Shown: piece after piece, positions 1-13,400 of the stretch
How the letters are laid out: every line of letters begins with the position of its first letter
Numbering within the stretch: the first letter of the stretch is position 1
Assembly: GCA_965279035.1 (NCBI GenBank)
Contig: OZ257142.1
Span: 2,016,001-2,080,000, forward strand
From: Bacteroidia bacterium
GTDB taxonomy: Bacteria; Bacteroidota; Bacteroidia; M30B66
Direction of reading: 5' to 3'
DNA length: 64,000 nt
The notes under the pieces: generated by a model
The model's input: only the letters and a program-made list of their open reading frames with translations
Databases searched by the model: none
What the model was told of the DNA's origin: nothing
Translations under genes and position numbers: made by a program

Positions 1-1
1 T

Positions 2-334
2 GTAACGAACTCCACTTGGTTGTAAATAGAGTGTATCTCTGCTTGTGCTGAATGTGAAAAACTGATTGTTCTTCCCAAGAATAACTTTATCCTGATACAA
101 TCGGAAAGGAAGTTTTTCAACGTTTGTCGACTGAGATTGAGACAAGGTCAGAATTTGTTTTGCTTCATCAAATTTGACCAATTTTTCTTGTCCTGAATTA
201 TCGTCTGCACGATAAGTTTTACCTTTTATATTTGAAAATGATACTGGAGCAGGAATCGAAGATTGTGCGTTTGCTTGAACAGTAGCTAACATTGAAAATG
301 AAAACGCAACAACAGAGACGAGAAGAAAGCGCAT
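2..334 (-). CDS. Partial (runs off window start) secreted hypothetical protein
   Basis: Not in the ORF track. ATG at 334, open frame to the window edge: MRFLLVSVVAFSFSMLATVQANAQSSIPAPVSF..., Sec signal ending A-N-A|Q. Confidence 0.75.
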   Translation of the reverse strand, partial: MRFLLVSVVAFSFSMLATVQANAQSSIPAPVSFSNIKGKTYRADDNSGQEKLVKFDEAKQILTLSQSQSTNVEKLPFRLYQDKVILGKNNQFFTFSTSRDTLYLQPSGVRY

Positions 335-388
335 AGGTTGAAATTTGATTGATTAAAAGTAGCAAAAAATCCGTACAGAAAAATTTCT

Positions 389-3300
389 TTAGTTCAAACG
401 ATAACGATCGCCAACTAATTTCCCCAATTCATTTAGAAAATCTTGATTAGAATCTACTTTCAAAGCAGAAGCAATGGTTTGAAATGATTGTGTTGTATCG
501 TCTGCCGAAAAGAGAAGTTTCAAGGTACATTTCCCAGGATGGCGTAAGAGTACATCAACCAAATTGCTCACAAATACCTCCGACAATTCTTTTTCCAATA
601 ATTGAATTGATATTTGAGTGTATTTATCTTTCAAATCGGCCAAAACGCCCATGGATTGAATATCCACTTCCAGACCTTCGGGATTTCGAAAGCCTTTTAC
701 TGCTTTCCAATTGAGGTAAATAATATTTCCTGTTTCTAGGTAATGTTTCAATTTAAGGTAACGATCAGAAAACAATACAAAATCGCGTGAGCCTGAAAAA
801 TCTTCGATAATAAAACTTCCAAAAGGCTTTCCTGTCTTGGTAAATCGATGACTTACCGAAGTGATTATCCCACCACTTTTATTATCATTCTTGGAAGCGA
901 ATTTTTTTAAATCTTCCATTTCAAGCAATGGAACGAAATTGAAATTTTTCATCTCCAAACGGTAATCATCTAAGGGATGCCCAGTCAAATAAATCCCAAC
1001 TACTTCTTTTTCTTTTTCTAGCATTTCCAAAACATGCCAAGGTTCAGCTTTAGGAATACTCGGTTCTGGAATGGAAATTTCGTCAGAAGAATCCCCAAAT
1101 AAACTCGTTGCCGCATGGTCTTTTCCCTCTTGAACGCTTTGTCCAAACCGAACGATCGTATCAAGAAACGTTGGTTTTCCTGGACTTTCTGAATAGAAAA
1201 ATACAGATCGATTCGAATCAATGAACTCATCAAATGCACCTGCAATGGCCATTCCTTCGAGTGTTTTTTTATTCACCGCTCTTAGGCTTACTCTTTTTAC
1301 AAAATCGAAAATGGAAGTATAATGTCCATTCTTCGTTCGTTCGGTAATTAAACTTTCAACTGCAGCTTCTCCAACACCTTTTACAGCTGCTAATCCAAAA
1401 CGAATTTGTCCTTTCTGATTTACCGAAAATTTGAGTTTCGATTCATTCACATCAGGCCCCAAAACCTTCAATCCCATGCGTTTACATTCTTCCATGAAGA
1501 ACGAAATCTTGTCCATCGAACTGAGATTGTTGGTTAAGTTCGCCGCCATAAATTCGGCAGGGTAGTGGGCTTTTAAATACGCAGTTTGAAACGCTACAAA
1601 TGCATAACATGTCGAGTGCGATTTATTGAATGCATAGGCTGCAAATGCTTCCCAATCGGTCCAGATTTTTTCGAGCCTGCTTGGATCTAATCCTTTTTCA
1701 TTGGCACCTGAAATGAATTTAGGTTTTAATTCATCGAGTGTTTTTCGATCCTTTTTCCCCATGGCTTTCCGAAGCTTATCGGCCATGCCTTTTGTAAAAC
1801 CTGCCAGCTTTTGCGAAAGCAACATCACCTGTTCCTGATATACAGTAATACCGTATGTTTCCTTGAGATATTCTTCCATTTCAGGTACATCATAACTCAC
1901 GGCTTCTGTTCCATGTTTTCGTTTGATGTAATTGGGAATGTATTCGATTGGTCCCGGACGATACAAAGCATTCATCGCAATTAAATCCTCGAATTTATCA
2001 GGTTTCAAATCGCGAAGATGTTTTTTCATTCCATCAGATTCAAACTGGAAAGTCCCATTAGTCTCGCCTTTTTGATACAATTCATACGTTTTCAAATCAT
2101 CGAGTGGAATGGAATCAATCTCTATTTCAATACCATGATTTTCTTTAATTAACTGAAGTGCATCACGAATAATGGTCAAGGTTTTTAAACCCAAAAAGTC
2201 CATTTTGATAACACCAGCATCTTCAATCACCGATCCTTCATATTGTGTAACCAATAATTCTGAATCTTTCGCAACGGCAACGGGAATAAGGTTTGTAAGA
2301 TCTTCAGGTGCGATAATGATTCCCGCAGCATGAACACCCGTGTTTCGAACTGAGCCTTCCAAAATCAAGGCTTCGTGCAAAACTTGACTCGAAAGACTGC
2401 TTTTATCAGCATAAATCTCACGTAGTTTTTTTACGTTTTCAAGATCATCACCTCCCAATCCTTCTTTCTCTTTCAATCCGCCAGCACCGTCAATTTGCGC
2501 CTTAATAACCCGATTGAGTTTGATGCCCGGTTTATCAGGAACCAATTTGGCCAAACCATTTGAATCGGGTAGGGGAAGGTCCAATACACGCGCAACATCC
2601 TTAATGCTCATTTTGGCAGCCATGGAGCCATACGTGATAATTTGAGCAACTTGGTTCTTGCCATATTTCTGAACCACATAATCGATCACTTTCTGACGAC
2701 CTTCATCATCAAAATCCGTATCAATATCGGGCATTGACGCACGTTCTGGATTTAAGAAACGCTCAAATAGTAAATCGTATTTGATCGGGTCGATATTGGT
2801 AATTCCTATGCAATATGCTACTGCCGAACCTGCTGCTGAACCACGACCAGGTCCTATGAAAACGCCCAAATCTCGTCCAGCTTTGATGAAATCGGAAACG
2901 ATAAGAAAATACCCAGCAAAGCCCATTCTTTCAATAACTCCCAACTCAAAATTGAGCCGCTCCTCCACATGTCCTTCGATTGTTCCATAACGTTTTTGAG
3001 CACCTTCCATCGTTAAATGGCGCAGGTAAACCATTTCCGTAGGATATTCTTTTGGAAATGGAAAGTTTGGAAGAAGGATATCGCGTTTAAGACTAAGTAA
3101 ATCAACCTTATCGACTATTTCGTTTGTATTATCGATAGCTGCTGGTAAGTCGATGAACAGTTTGTTCATTTCCGACTGTTTCTTAAAATAAAATTGGTCG
3201 TTATAAAAAGCGAAACGCTTCCCCTTCGTTGAACTGTCATCATCACCAAAATCTTTATTCGTAGGCGTCGATTTTTTCTCTCCGGTATTGATGCAGAGTA

Positions 3301-3985
3301 AAATATCATGCGCATTTGAATCTTCGCGTTCTACATAATGAGAATCGTTCGAAGCAATGGTTTTAACATTGTATTTTGAAGCAAGTCGAATAAGCACTTC
3401 ATTCACTTGCTCTTGTTCAGGAATGGCGTGTCGTTGAAATTCAACATAATAATCTTCACCAAACAAATCTAACCACCAGCGAAAAGCTGCTTCACCCGCT
3501 TCTTCTCCTTTTTTGAGAATAGTACGTGGAACTTCGGCCCCTAAACAACAGGTTGTTGCAATTAATCCTTCGTGATATTGAAGAATAAGTTCTTTATCAA
3601 TTCGTGGATATTTTCCATATAAACCTTCGAGATACCCTAATGAACAAAGCTTTACTAAATTCTTATAGCCTTGCGCATTTTTAGCGAGTAGTAATTGATG
3701 AAATCGCACGTCTTTATCATCCCGCGAAAAGGCTCTTTTATGACGATCTTCAACAAGATAAAATTCACATCCAATGATTGGTTTAACTTTCAGAGAGCCA
3801 TCATCATTTTTGTTTTTGTAGGCTTCTGCAACAAACGAAAATGCACCAAACATATTCCCATGATCAGTAATGGCCATTGCTGGCATTTTATCTTCTATGG
3901 CTTTGGCATACAGCTTTTTAATGTCGGCTGCACCATCCAATAAGGAATACTGAGTATGAACGTGAAGATGGGAAAATGAAGGCAT
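389..3985 (-). CDS. dnaE: DNA polymerase III alpha subunit
   Basis: PHP domain (FSHLHVHTQYSLLDG, AITDHG), GRGSAAGS, catalytic PDIDTDF, YAFNKSH, C-terminal OB fold. Start moved to MPSFSHLH (ATG 3985). Confidence 0.98.
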   Translation of the reverse strand: MPSFSHLHVHTQYSLLDGAADIKKLYAKAIEDKMPAMAITDHGNMFGAFSFVAEAYKNKNDDGSLKVKPIIGCEFYLVEDRHKRAFSRDDKDVRFHQLLLAKNAQGYKNLVKLCSLGYLEGLYGKYPRIDKELILQYHEGLIATTCCLGAEVPRTILKKGEEAGEAAFRWWLDLFGEDYYVEFQRHAIPEQEQVNEVLIRLASKYNVKTIASNDSHYVEREDSNAHDILLCINTGEKKSTPTNKDFGDDDSSTKGKRFAFYNDQFYFKKQSEMNKLFIDLPAAIDNTNEIVDKVDLLSLKRDILLPNFPFPKEYPTEMVYLRHLTMEGAQKRYGTIEGHVEERLNFELGVIERMGFAGYFLIVSDFIKAGRDLGVFIGPGRGSAAGSAVAYCIGITNIDPIKYDLLFERFLNPERASMPDIDTDFDDEGRQKVIDYVVQKYGKNQVAQIITYGSMAAKMSIKDVARVLDLPLPDSNGLAKLVPDKPGIKLNRVIKAQIDGAGGLKEKEGLGGDDLENVKKLREIYADKSSLSSQVLHEALILEGSVRNTGVHAAGIIIAPEDLTNLIPVAVAKDSELLVTQYEGSVIEDAGVIKMDFLGLKTLTIIRDALQLIKENHGIEIEIDSIPLDDLKTYELYQKGETNGTFQFESDGMKKHLRDLKPDKFEDLIAMNALYRPGPIEYIPNYIKRKHGTEAVSYDVPEMEEYLKETYGITVYQEQVMLLSQKLAGFTKGMADKLRKAMGKKDRKTLDELKPKFISGANEKGLDPSRLEKIWTDWEAFAAYAFNKSHSTCYAFVAFQTAYLKAHYPAEFMAANLTNNLSSMDKISFFMEECKRMGLKVLGPDVNESKLKFSVNQKGQIRFGLAAVKGVGEAAVESLITERTKNGHYTSIFDFVKRVSLRAVNKKTLEGMAIAGAFDEFIDSNRSVFFYSESPGKPTFLDTIVRFGQSVQEGKDHAATSLFGDSSDEISIPEPSIPKAEPWHVLEMLEKEKEVVGIYLTGHPLDDYRLEMKNFNFVPLLEMEDLKKFASKNDNKSGGIITSVSHRFTKTGKPFGSFIIEDFSGSRDFVLFSDRYLKLKHYLETGNIIYLNWKAVKGFRNPEGLEVDIQSMGVLADLKDKYTQISIQLLEKELSEVFVSNLVDVLLRHPGKCTLKLLFSADDTTQSFQTIASALKVDSNQDFLNELGKLVGDRYRLN

Positions 3986-4364
3986 GCGCAAATATGAGAA
4001 GGAGTATTGAAGGATGGAAGCTAAGAATATGAACAATCGCTGTTAAGAATAAACAAGACAAACTCAACAACAGATGTAGAATACAAACTAGAATCTATTA
4101 TTTAATTAATTATAAATAATGTATTGAAAAACAATGTATTATAATTAAAATCATTTAATATCTAATATTATACATTGAAAATAAACATATTGACAATCAA
4201 TGTATTACTTCATAGAATTCTATATTAAACTTACTCTCAAATGATTTTGAGCATCAAACCGGAACATTTTTGCAAAATGCTGAACATCAGTTTGTTCTTA
4301 TTGTTATTTATAGAATATGTATAAGGTGTTTGGTTGATTGATAGGCATTGCCAAATAGGAATGT

Positions 4365-4372
4365 TAAATTTG
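4365..4372 (+). promoter_or_regulatory. Bacteroidota -7 promoter box (TAAATTTG) for the giant surface protein gene
   Basis: Exact TAnnTTTG match 86 nt before ATG 4458. Confidence 0.6.
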
Positions 4373-4457
4373 TGTTTACTCGTGTTTTTGGGTTTCGATC
4401 GTTCAACCAATCGTGTCAAAAACACACTAAATACGCTCGCTAACACTACAACTGCTT

Positions 4458-7400
4458 ATGCTGAATCGTTTACGCACGCTGGTTTTCTTTTTTTCAATTT
4501 TTCTATTTGCTGGAATTTCAAATGCACAAACTACCTATTCTTGGACAGGTGCTATTGATAATCAGTGGACAACTGCAGGAAATTGGTCGCCTTCTCGATC
4601 GAGCATTTTACCTTCAGACATCATTCAGTTTAATGGGGGAGGTTCAGTTACTGTAACCAATATTCCTAGCCAAACTATCCGAAAACTGTTAGTTAATTCG
4701 AGCAGTACAGTGAGTTTGCAAGCTGCAACGGGAACGTCCACACTCACGATTAACGGTCCAGCATCGGGAAATAATGTACAGGTAGCTTCTGGCTCTTCGC
4801 TTCAAATTGGGACTGGAACCAATACGCTCATTCTCACTTACGGAACAACAGCTAATCAGCAATTGGATGTAAGTGGAACACTCATTCTAGGCAACGGTGG
4901 AACATTGAGTAGTACGATTGCTAGTTCTGTTTGGAATGTTTCAGGAACCTTGCAAGTCAATACGGGAGGAATTTTTAATGCGAACAATACGCTAAGTTCT
5001 GTAAATGGAACATTGGTGAATTCGGGCGGAACGTTTACTGTCACATCAACCAATACAACACTTGCTTCAGGTGGAACTTTTGATCATGCAATCAATGGAG
5101 GAACTGTCCCCATTTTAAACTGGAATTCAAATTCAACATTGCTTATTTCTGGGACAACGACTACTGCACCTGCTGGACTTGCTTCTCAAACTTTTGGACA
5201 CCTCAATTGGAATGCTTCTTCGCAAACTGCTTCATTGAGTATGGGCATGAATGGCGGTATTTTCAATGGGAATGTAACAATAACAACTACGGGTTCTGGG
5301 AATATTGCTTTTCATTCTGGAACGGGTTCAATCTTATTTCTTAATGGAGATTTGATTGTGAATGGTGGCGTGTTGAATTTGAACAATGCAGGAGCTACAA
5401 TCACGACCTTGAATCTTGCAGGAAATCTTATTCAAACGGGTGGGACCTTTCAACGCGGTGCTTCATCAGGAATTCAAGTAATCAATTTCACCAATTCATC
5501 TCTCAATAAAAACATCAATTTATCAGCAGGAACCTATGTTTCCAACGGTATTGCCTATACAGTAAATCTCAATGCGATTGTGACATTGCAATCGGATCTA
5601 GTGGTTAATCAATCCTTTACAAATAATGGAACCTTGAACACCGGAACGAGCTTAATGACTGGCTCGGGAACTTTTACTTTAGCCAATGCATCAACAGCAA
5701 CACTATCAGTTGGTGATCCTGCAGGATTAACGCTTACCGGAAATACAACAGCTGGAAATATCCGTGTTTCAGGTACAAAAACGTACAACACTTCTGCAAA
5801 TATCATCTACAATGGAACGTCTGCCCAAGTTACAGGAACTGGTTTGGCTTCAACGTATGGAACAGCCAACACACAAATAACCATTAACAATGCGGCCGGT
5901 GTTACATTAAGTCAAGCTTTGAGTTTTAACAATAACGCCAATAGCGGAATTACCTTGAGTTCAGGGATTTTGTATTTAGATGCTTTTACTCTTACTCTAC
6001 CAACCTCTACCAACATTTTAGGAACATTCTCAGCTTCTGCTATGATTGTTACCAATGGTGTTGGTCAATTAGTGCGAGGATTCCCGGCAAGTCCAGCTGC
6101 ATTTACTTTTCCAGTTGGCGATGCAAGTGGAACAGTGGAATATTCTCCTATAACGTTTAATTTTTCCTCCAATAACACAGGTTCCAATATTGGTATTCGT
6201 GTAACAGATGCGGCACAACCCAATGGCATATCGGCCGATTATTTAACGCGCTATTGGTCGGTTAGTTCTTCCTCTATTCCTACGGTTTATACCCTTTTAA
6301 CAACTGCTCAATTTGTTGCGGCTGATGTTGTTGGTACTATTGGAAATTTACGTTTTAACCAATTTGTTCCAGCAACGCAAGTTTGGTCGGAATACTCCAC
6401 CACACTCAGTTCTCCACTAATTTCTTCCAATCAAACACAAGCTAATACTTCCATTTCTTCGGCATACGACATTACTGGACGCGATGATTCACCCTTGTAT
6501 TACAGAACTGTTGGGACAGGAAACTGGAATGATGCATCTATTTGGGAAGTATCAACCGATCCTACATTTACTTCACCTGTAGGAGTTCCAGCTGCAGCAT
6601 TTCCAACCAATTTGAATTCATTAGGAATTCAGGTTCAAACCGGACATACTGCTACAATTACAGCAAATCTTTCCATTGATGATGCAATTATTGACGGAAC
6701 TGTTAATCTCCTTTCGGGCATTACGTTAACTATAGCTAATGGAACAGCTGCAAACGATTTAACAATCAATGGAACATTGAGCAATGATGGTATTTTCACT
6801 ATAACAGCACCAGCCATTGTTCAAGTAAACGGCAGTTTTAGCAATACCACGAATTCGGGCGCATACACATCAACAGCAGCCACTTTATTCTTCAATGCTG
6901 GTTCGTTTTTTAATCATCAACGCAATGCGGGAACTATTCCAACTGCCGCTTGGAATGCAACCTCAACATTGAATATTACAGGTATTACCACGACTTTGCC
7001 TGCTGCATTAACGCAAACATTTGGACATGTAACTTGGAATTGTTCAAGTCAATCGGCAACTGTTAGTTTAACCCAAACACTTACAACAGTCAATGGAAAT
7101 TTATCCATTTTAGGAACCAATAGTCAAACGCTTGCACTTGGTTCCACTGGTGCTTTAACAATCAATGTCTTAGGCGATTTGATTGTATCAGGTTCGAGTA
7201 TTTTGAATTTGAATTCTGGGGCATTTACCACCACCTTGAATTTAAGTGGAAATTACAATCAAACTGCTGGTACTGTTACTTCATCGGCTACAAACCAAGC
7301 AATCAATTTTGCAGGAACAAATCCAAGTCGAAGCTTTACCCAATCAGGTGGAACCTTAACGGGAACAAGCTTCACTTATACTGTAAATCTTGCTGCATTT

Positions 7401-10400
7401 TTAACCTTGAACAACAACATAGCCGTTGCTACTGGTAAGACGTTTACAGTAAATGGTACATTGTATTGTGGTTCAAGTTTGATTACTGGTGCAGGGACAT
7501 TTACACTAACAAGTGCTACAACAGCAACGCTAGGAATCAATGATGCAAACGGAATTGTATTATTAGCTGGTGGTGCTTTTGGAAATATTCAAACCACAAC
7601 GGCTCGTAACTACGGTGCATTAGCAAATTACCAATATGGCTCTATAAGCACTATCACTGGAACAGGTCTTACAGCAGCTAGTAGTGTTTCTTTTACTAAT
7701 AGCAGCTTAAGTTTATCTGCTACAGTTACATTAAATGGAGCTGCAAATGCTTTATCATTAAGCAATAGTTTGGTACGATTGGGGAATTTTGATATAGTGA
7801 TGAATTCAACCTTATCAACTATCGGTGGAGCGGCAAATTCTGTTTCCAATATGATAGTCACCAATGGAACAGGTTCCTTAAAACGTTTTTTCCCTACAGG
7901 TGTTTCCACTTTTACTTTCCCTATTGGAGATGAAACTGGAACAAGCGAATACACTCCAGTTACCTATGCCTTTACTGCTTTAGGAACATCTACCTCATTT
8001 GGTGTTCGTACAGTTGATGCCGTTCATCCGAGCGACATTCCATTAGGTGTTGATTATTTAACACGCTACTGGCCATCAACCTGTAATGCAGTGCCGGGTT
8101 CTTACACATTAACTGCTTCGTATACTTATGTACCAGTTGATGTTGTTGGGACAGAAGGTAATTTGAAAGTCAACCAATTTTACAGCACAACAGGAATTTT
8201 TACTGAATTCGCTTCTACTGTGAGTTCTCCTGTAGTTTCTGCAAATGTGACGAATGCCTCTGTGTTTTTCCAAACGGTATTTGATGCAACGGGTAGGAAC
8301 AATCAGCCTTTGTATTATCGCAGTACAGGAAATGGAAACTGGAATACGTTAAGCACTTGGGAAGTTTCAACCGATCCAACATTTGTTTCACCTGCTCCAT
8401 CTGCAGCGCTTTTCATTCCGAATCAAAACAACTCTGCAGGAATACTAGTTCGATCGGGACATACGGTTACAGTAAATGCGGTACAAACAGCAGATGACTT
8501 AACTGTTGATGGACAATTGACGGTAAATTCAACCATCACCCTTACAATAAATAACGGAACCGCAGCCAATGATATGGTAGTGAGTGTTGGAGGTGTTTTA
8601 CAGATGGATGGAATTTTCACCATTACGGCACCAGCTGTAGTTCAAGTAAATGGATCGCTGAATTCCTCTAATACAACAGGAGCGTTTACTTCAACCGCAG
8701 CGACTTTATTCTTTAATGCAGGATCTTTTTACAATCACAACCGAACTGCTGGAGTTGTTCCAACAGCAGCTTGGAATACAACTTCAACTTGCAATATCAC
8801 TGGTGTAACAACAACAGTCCCAACAGGCTTGTCTCAAACTTTTGGAAACTTCACTTGGAATTGTGCCGGACAAACAGCTACAATCAGTTTAGTTCAAACA
8901 CTCACAACAGTTAACGGAAATTTAAGTATCACCAATTCCAACAACCAGATTCTTGCTTTAGCATCAACTGGCGCTCTAACGATTAATGTATTGGGCGATT
9001 TGAATGTTTCTGGCTCGAGTATTTTGAATTTGAATTCTGGTGCATTTACAACCACCTTTAATTTAAGTGGAAACTACAATCAAACAGCAGGAACTGTAAC
9101 ATCTTCAGCGACTAATCAAGCGTTTAATTTTGCAGGTACAATTCCTACAAGAACATATACTCAGTCTGGAGGAACACTTACCAACACAAGCTTTACTTAT
9201 ACAATCAATGCGGGGGCATTTGTCACCTTAAATAATGGAATCGTTGTCGCTACTGGAAAAGTATTTACTGTTAATGGTGCTTTGTTTTGTGGAACGAATC
9301 TCTTAACAGGTGCAGGTACATTCACTTTAACAAGTGTGTCAACAGCTACCATAGGAAGTGGTGATATCGACGGATTGGTTTTAGTAGCAGGTGGTTCAAT
9401 CGGTAACATCCGAACAACTATTCGGAATTACGGTGCTGCAGCAAATTATATTTATAATGGCTCATCGGCCCAAACAACTGGAACAGGTTTCACTTCAGGA
9501 ACCAATCTCACCATTAACAATGCAAGTGGAGTAACATTGACTTCTTCCGCTACAGTTTCGGGAATTCTCACTTTGCAATCGGGTGTTTTCAGTTTAGGTG
9601 CTGGCGCGAATAATCTTAGCATTACGAATACCACTAATGCTGCTATAGCTGGAAGCTATTCTGCATCCAGTATGTTGGTAACACCAGGAACAGGAAGCAT
9701 TGTTAAATCGTTTGCAATAGGAGCAAATCCAACACTCACTTTTCCAATAGGAGATAATACTGGAACGGTTGAATACACTCCACTTTATTTCGGATTACTA
9801 TCGAATAGTGCTGCTGGAACCTTAAGTGTTCGCTTAGTGAATGCTGTTCATCCAAACAATGGTGCAGCTGCCGATTATCTAAGTCGCTACTATGTTTTTG
9901 GAACTACATTAACAACTTACACCTACACGCTCGCACACGATTTTGCCAATCCTGCCGACATTACAGGTTCAACTGCGAACATGCAACTTTCGCGTTGGAA
10001 CGGAGCTACCTGGACGCCATATACTAGCACGATTAGCGGAAGTTCTGCTACCATAACAGCTACACTTAATAATACAACAGCACCTTTAGCTGCCACCAGT
10101 CAATTTGCAGCACGAACTTCTACAGTTACTTATTATCGCTCAATTGCTTCCGGAAACTGGACTACTGCAACAAATTGGGAAACAGCCAATGATGCTGCCT
10201 TTACAGTTGGATTAGTGAGTCCAGCAGCAGCTGCTCCTACAAATGCAAATAGTGTTCGAGTTACGATTCAAGCAGCTCATACCATAACAGCAACCTCTGC
10301 TGTTACAGCGGTTGATTTGGTAGTAGACGGAACCTTTCAAATGGGCGCTGGAGGAACGATTGCCGCTTCAGGAATTACGTTCAATGCTACAGGTGTGTAC

Positions 10401-13400
10401 GATCATAACCGCGATGGTAGTGTGATTCCAACAGCTACTTGGAATGCTGCTTCATTATGTCAGATTACTGGTGTTACTGCAACAGCACCAACGGGCGTAT
10501 CAGGACAAACATTCGGAAAATTCACATGGAATTCGACAGGACAAACTGCTGCAACATTAGGATTGGCAATTGCTGCAACGACAACGTTTAATGGAGATTT
10601 CACGGTTACATCAACTGGAGCAACATCAACCAATATCATTTCCCTTTCGGCTGCTTCGGTTACTGTGAATATGAATGGGAAATTGATTGTCAATGGTGGA
10701 ACATTCATCCTAAATACAGTATCAATTACAACGTTGAATGTGTTGGGTGATTTGAATGTGAATGGTGGAACGTTCAATCTAACTAACTCAACTGGTGCAC
10801 AGGTAGTCAACTTCAGTGGAAATTATGCTCAAACAGCTGGTTCTTTTACCAATTCTGGAACGGGTATTTCAACAGTGAATTTCTTAGGCTTGAACAAAAC
10901 GTATGTGCAATCGGCTGGATCTGTTACTACAACCAATATCAATTATGTTGTTGGAGCAGTTGCTTCTTTGACAATGAATAATACCTTAACCATAGCAGCA
11001 AGTCGTTCGTTGACAATTACTTTGGGTGGTTCATTGACTTTAGGAAGTGATCAAGTGAATAATGGAACCTTGACCAACAATGGAACACTCATTTGTTCAA
11101 CTTATTTAGTTACTGGAACGGGAGCATTTACACTTGCAGCAGCATCAACAGCCACATTATCAGTAGGTGATCCCGGTGGATTAACTCCTACAGGAAATAC
11201 CACTTCAGGTAATATCCGAGTAAGTGGAACAAAAACCTATAATACTTCGGCAAATATAATTTATGCAGGAACAAGCGCACAGGTAACAGGAACTGGCTTA
11301 GCTCCTACTATTGGTGTAGCTGGAACGTATGTCACAATTAACAATCCGGCAGGTGTTACATTAAGTCAATCTCTAACGTTTAACAATACTGCAACGTGTG
11401 GGATTGTCCTTCAGAATGGATTGTTTTCATTAGGCAATTTCAGCCTAACGCTTCCTACTTTAACTGTTATAAATGGAACGCCTTCGGTTACAAATATGAT
11501 TGTTACCAATGGAACAGGTCAATTGCTACGAGGTATTCCGGCATCGGCAGTTAATGTGCTATTCCCTGTTGGTGAAGTAACAGGAACAACAGAATATTCG
11601 CCAGTTAACTTCAATTTCACGAGCAACAATACTGCAACAACCATTGGAATTCGAGTGGTGGATGCACGTGATCCGAATGATGCTCTATCAACTGATTATT
11701 TAACTCGTTATTGGGTGTTGACGAATACTTCAGTGCCTTCATTATATACTCTCACTACTTCTTTTACATATTTACCTGCGGATGTTGTCAATACTGAATC
11801 GAATCTGCGTGTAAATCAATACAATACAACTACAAGCATTTGGATTGAATATTCAAGTACTGTTGCATCTCCAGTATTAAATACAACCGTTACAAATGCT
11901 AGTAATTTCTTGCCAGCATCAGGAGTAACGGTTGATTTTACTGGAAGAGTTAATGCTCCATTGTATTACCAAAGCACGGGAAGTACAGCTTGGAGTACTT
12001 TATCAACTTGGGAAGTTTCTACCGATCCAACATTTGTATCACCTGCGCCAGTTCCAGCTGTGATGATTCCTTCGGATGTGAATTCTGCTGGAATAACGAT
12101 TAAAGCCGGACATACAGTTAGTGTAACGGCAGCTCAAACGGCAGATGACATAACTGTGAACGGAACGCTCTCCGTGAATGGTGTGACCTTTACAATAGCC
12201 AATGGTGCCGCAGCTAATGATATGGTGGTTAATGGAACTTTAATAAACAATGGTACTAGTTCCGTGATTACTCCAACTGGAATTCTTCTAATTGCAGCAA
12301 CTGGTTCATATCAACATGCGATGAATGCTGGAACAGTTCCAGCAGCTTCTTGGGCAAGTGGATCAAACTGTTTTATTACAGGTGTTACTTTAAATCAACC
12401 AGGTGGTTTAGCTCAAACCTTTCATCATTTTACATGGAATTGTACTGGACAAAGCACAACAGTGAATATGACCTTAATCTCTTCTGTCAATTGGGGAGGT
12501 AACTTTACTATTCTCAGCACAGGAGCAACACCTCAACAACTCAGATTAACGAATTCAGCCATTACGCTTGGAATAGGAGGGAACTTAGATATTCAAGGAG
12601 GTATTTTCGTCACTCAAAATGCCGCTTTGACAAGTATTCTGAATATAACAGGAAACATGTTGGTCAGTGGAACAGCCAACTTCTCCGGTATCACTACGAG
12701 TGGTGGTTTAACAACAATAAATCTTGGTGGAAATTTAGATGTAGCCAATACTGCCACATTTACCAACTTGACTTCAAACACCACAACTGCAGTAACGTTC
12801 AATTTTACTGGAGTTGGAAAATACATGACCGTAGCGAGTGGGATGCCTACTCAAGGTTTTAGCTTTTCGATGGCAACCGTTGGAGCTTCACTCACTGTGA
12901 ATTCACCAGTTGTTGTTGGTTCGAGCAGAACATTTAATATCACTGCTGGATCTGTCATTCTTGGGACAAATCGTATTACTGGAAATGGATCTTTCTCCAT
13001 AGCTGGAACAAACTCCTATTTAAGTCAGAGCGATCCGGATGGATTGGTAGTAGCGATTGCAAGTCCTTTGGGAGCGATTCGAACTTTAACAGCAAGGACC
13101 TATTCAGCAAATGCAAATTACATTTACACAGGTATAACTCAAAACTTAGGAACACCAATCGCTGCGCCTCCATTTGTATGTAATAGTTTAGGAATTGATG
13201 CACCGGGAGGTGTGGTGACCTTAACTCAGAATGTGAATGCTACGACCAATCTTCAATTATCGAATGGTATTTTGGATTTGGCCAATTTCAATTTGGGATT
13301 ATTAAATACATCAAACACATTAGCAGTAACAGGAAATACACCATCCGCGAGCAATATGGTGGTGACTTCAGGAACTGGAAGATTAATTAAAACCTACGCT

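Noticed and set aside
389-3985. Intein or split in dnaE
   Set aside because: Normal length (1198 aa), continuous motifs, and no intein or LAGLIDADG signatures seen.
4190-4218. TTGACA-17-TAGAAT E. coli-type sigma70 promoter
   Set aside because: The Bacteroidota primary sigma factor uses TTTG/TAnnTTTG; a better box sits at 4365 and the region is very AT-rich.
4237-4558. 69-aa and 74-aa ORFs upstream of the giant gene
   Set aside because: They overlap the promoter, leader and giant CDS start and have no protein-like features.
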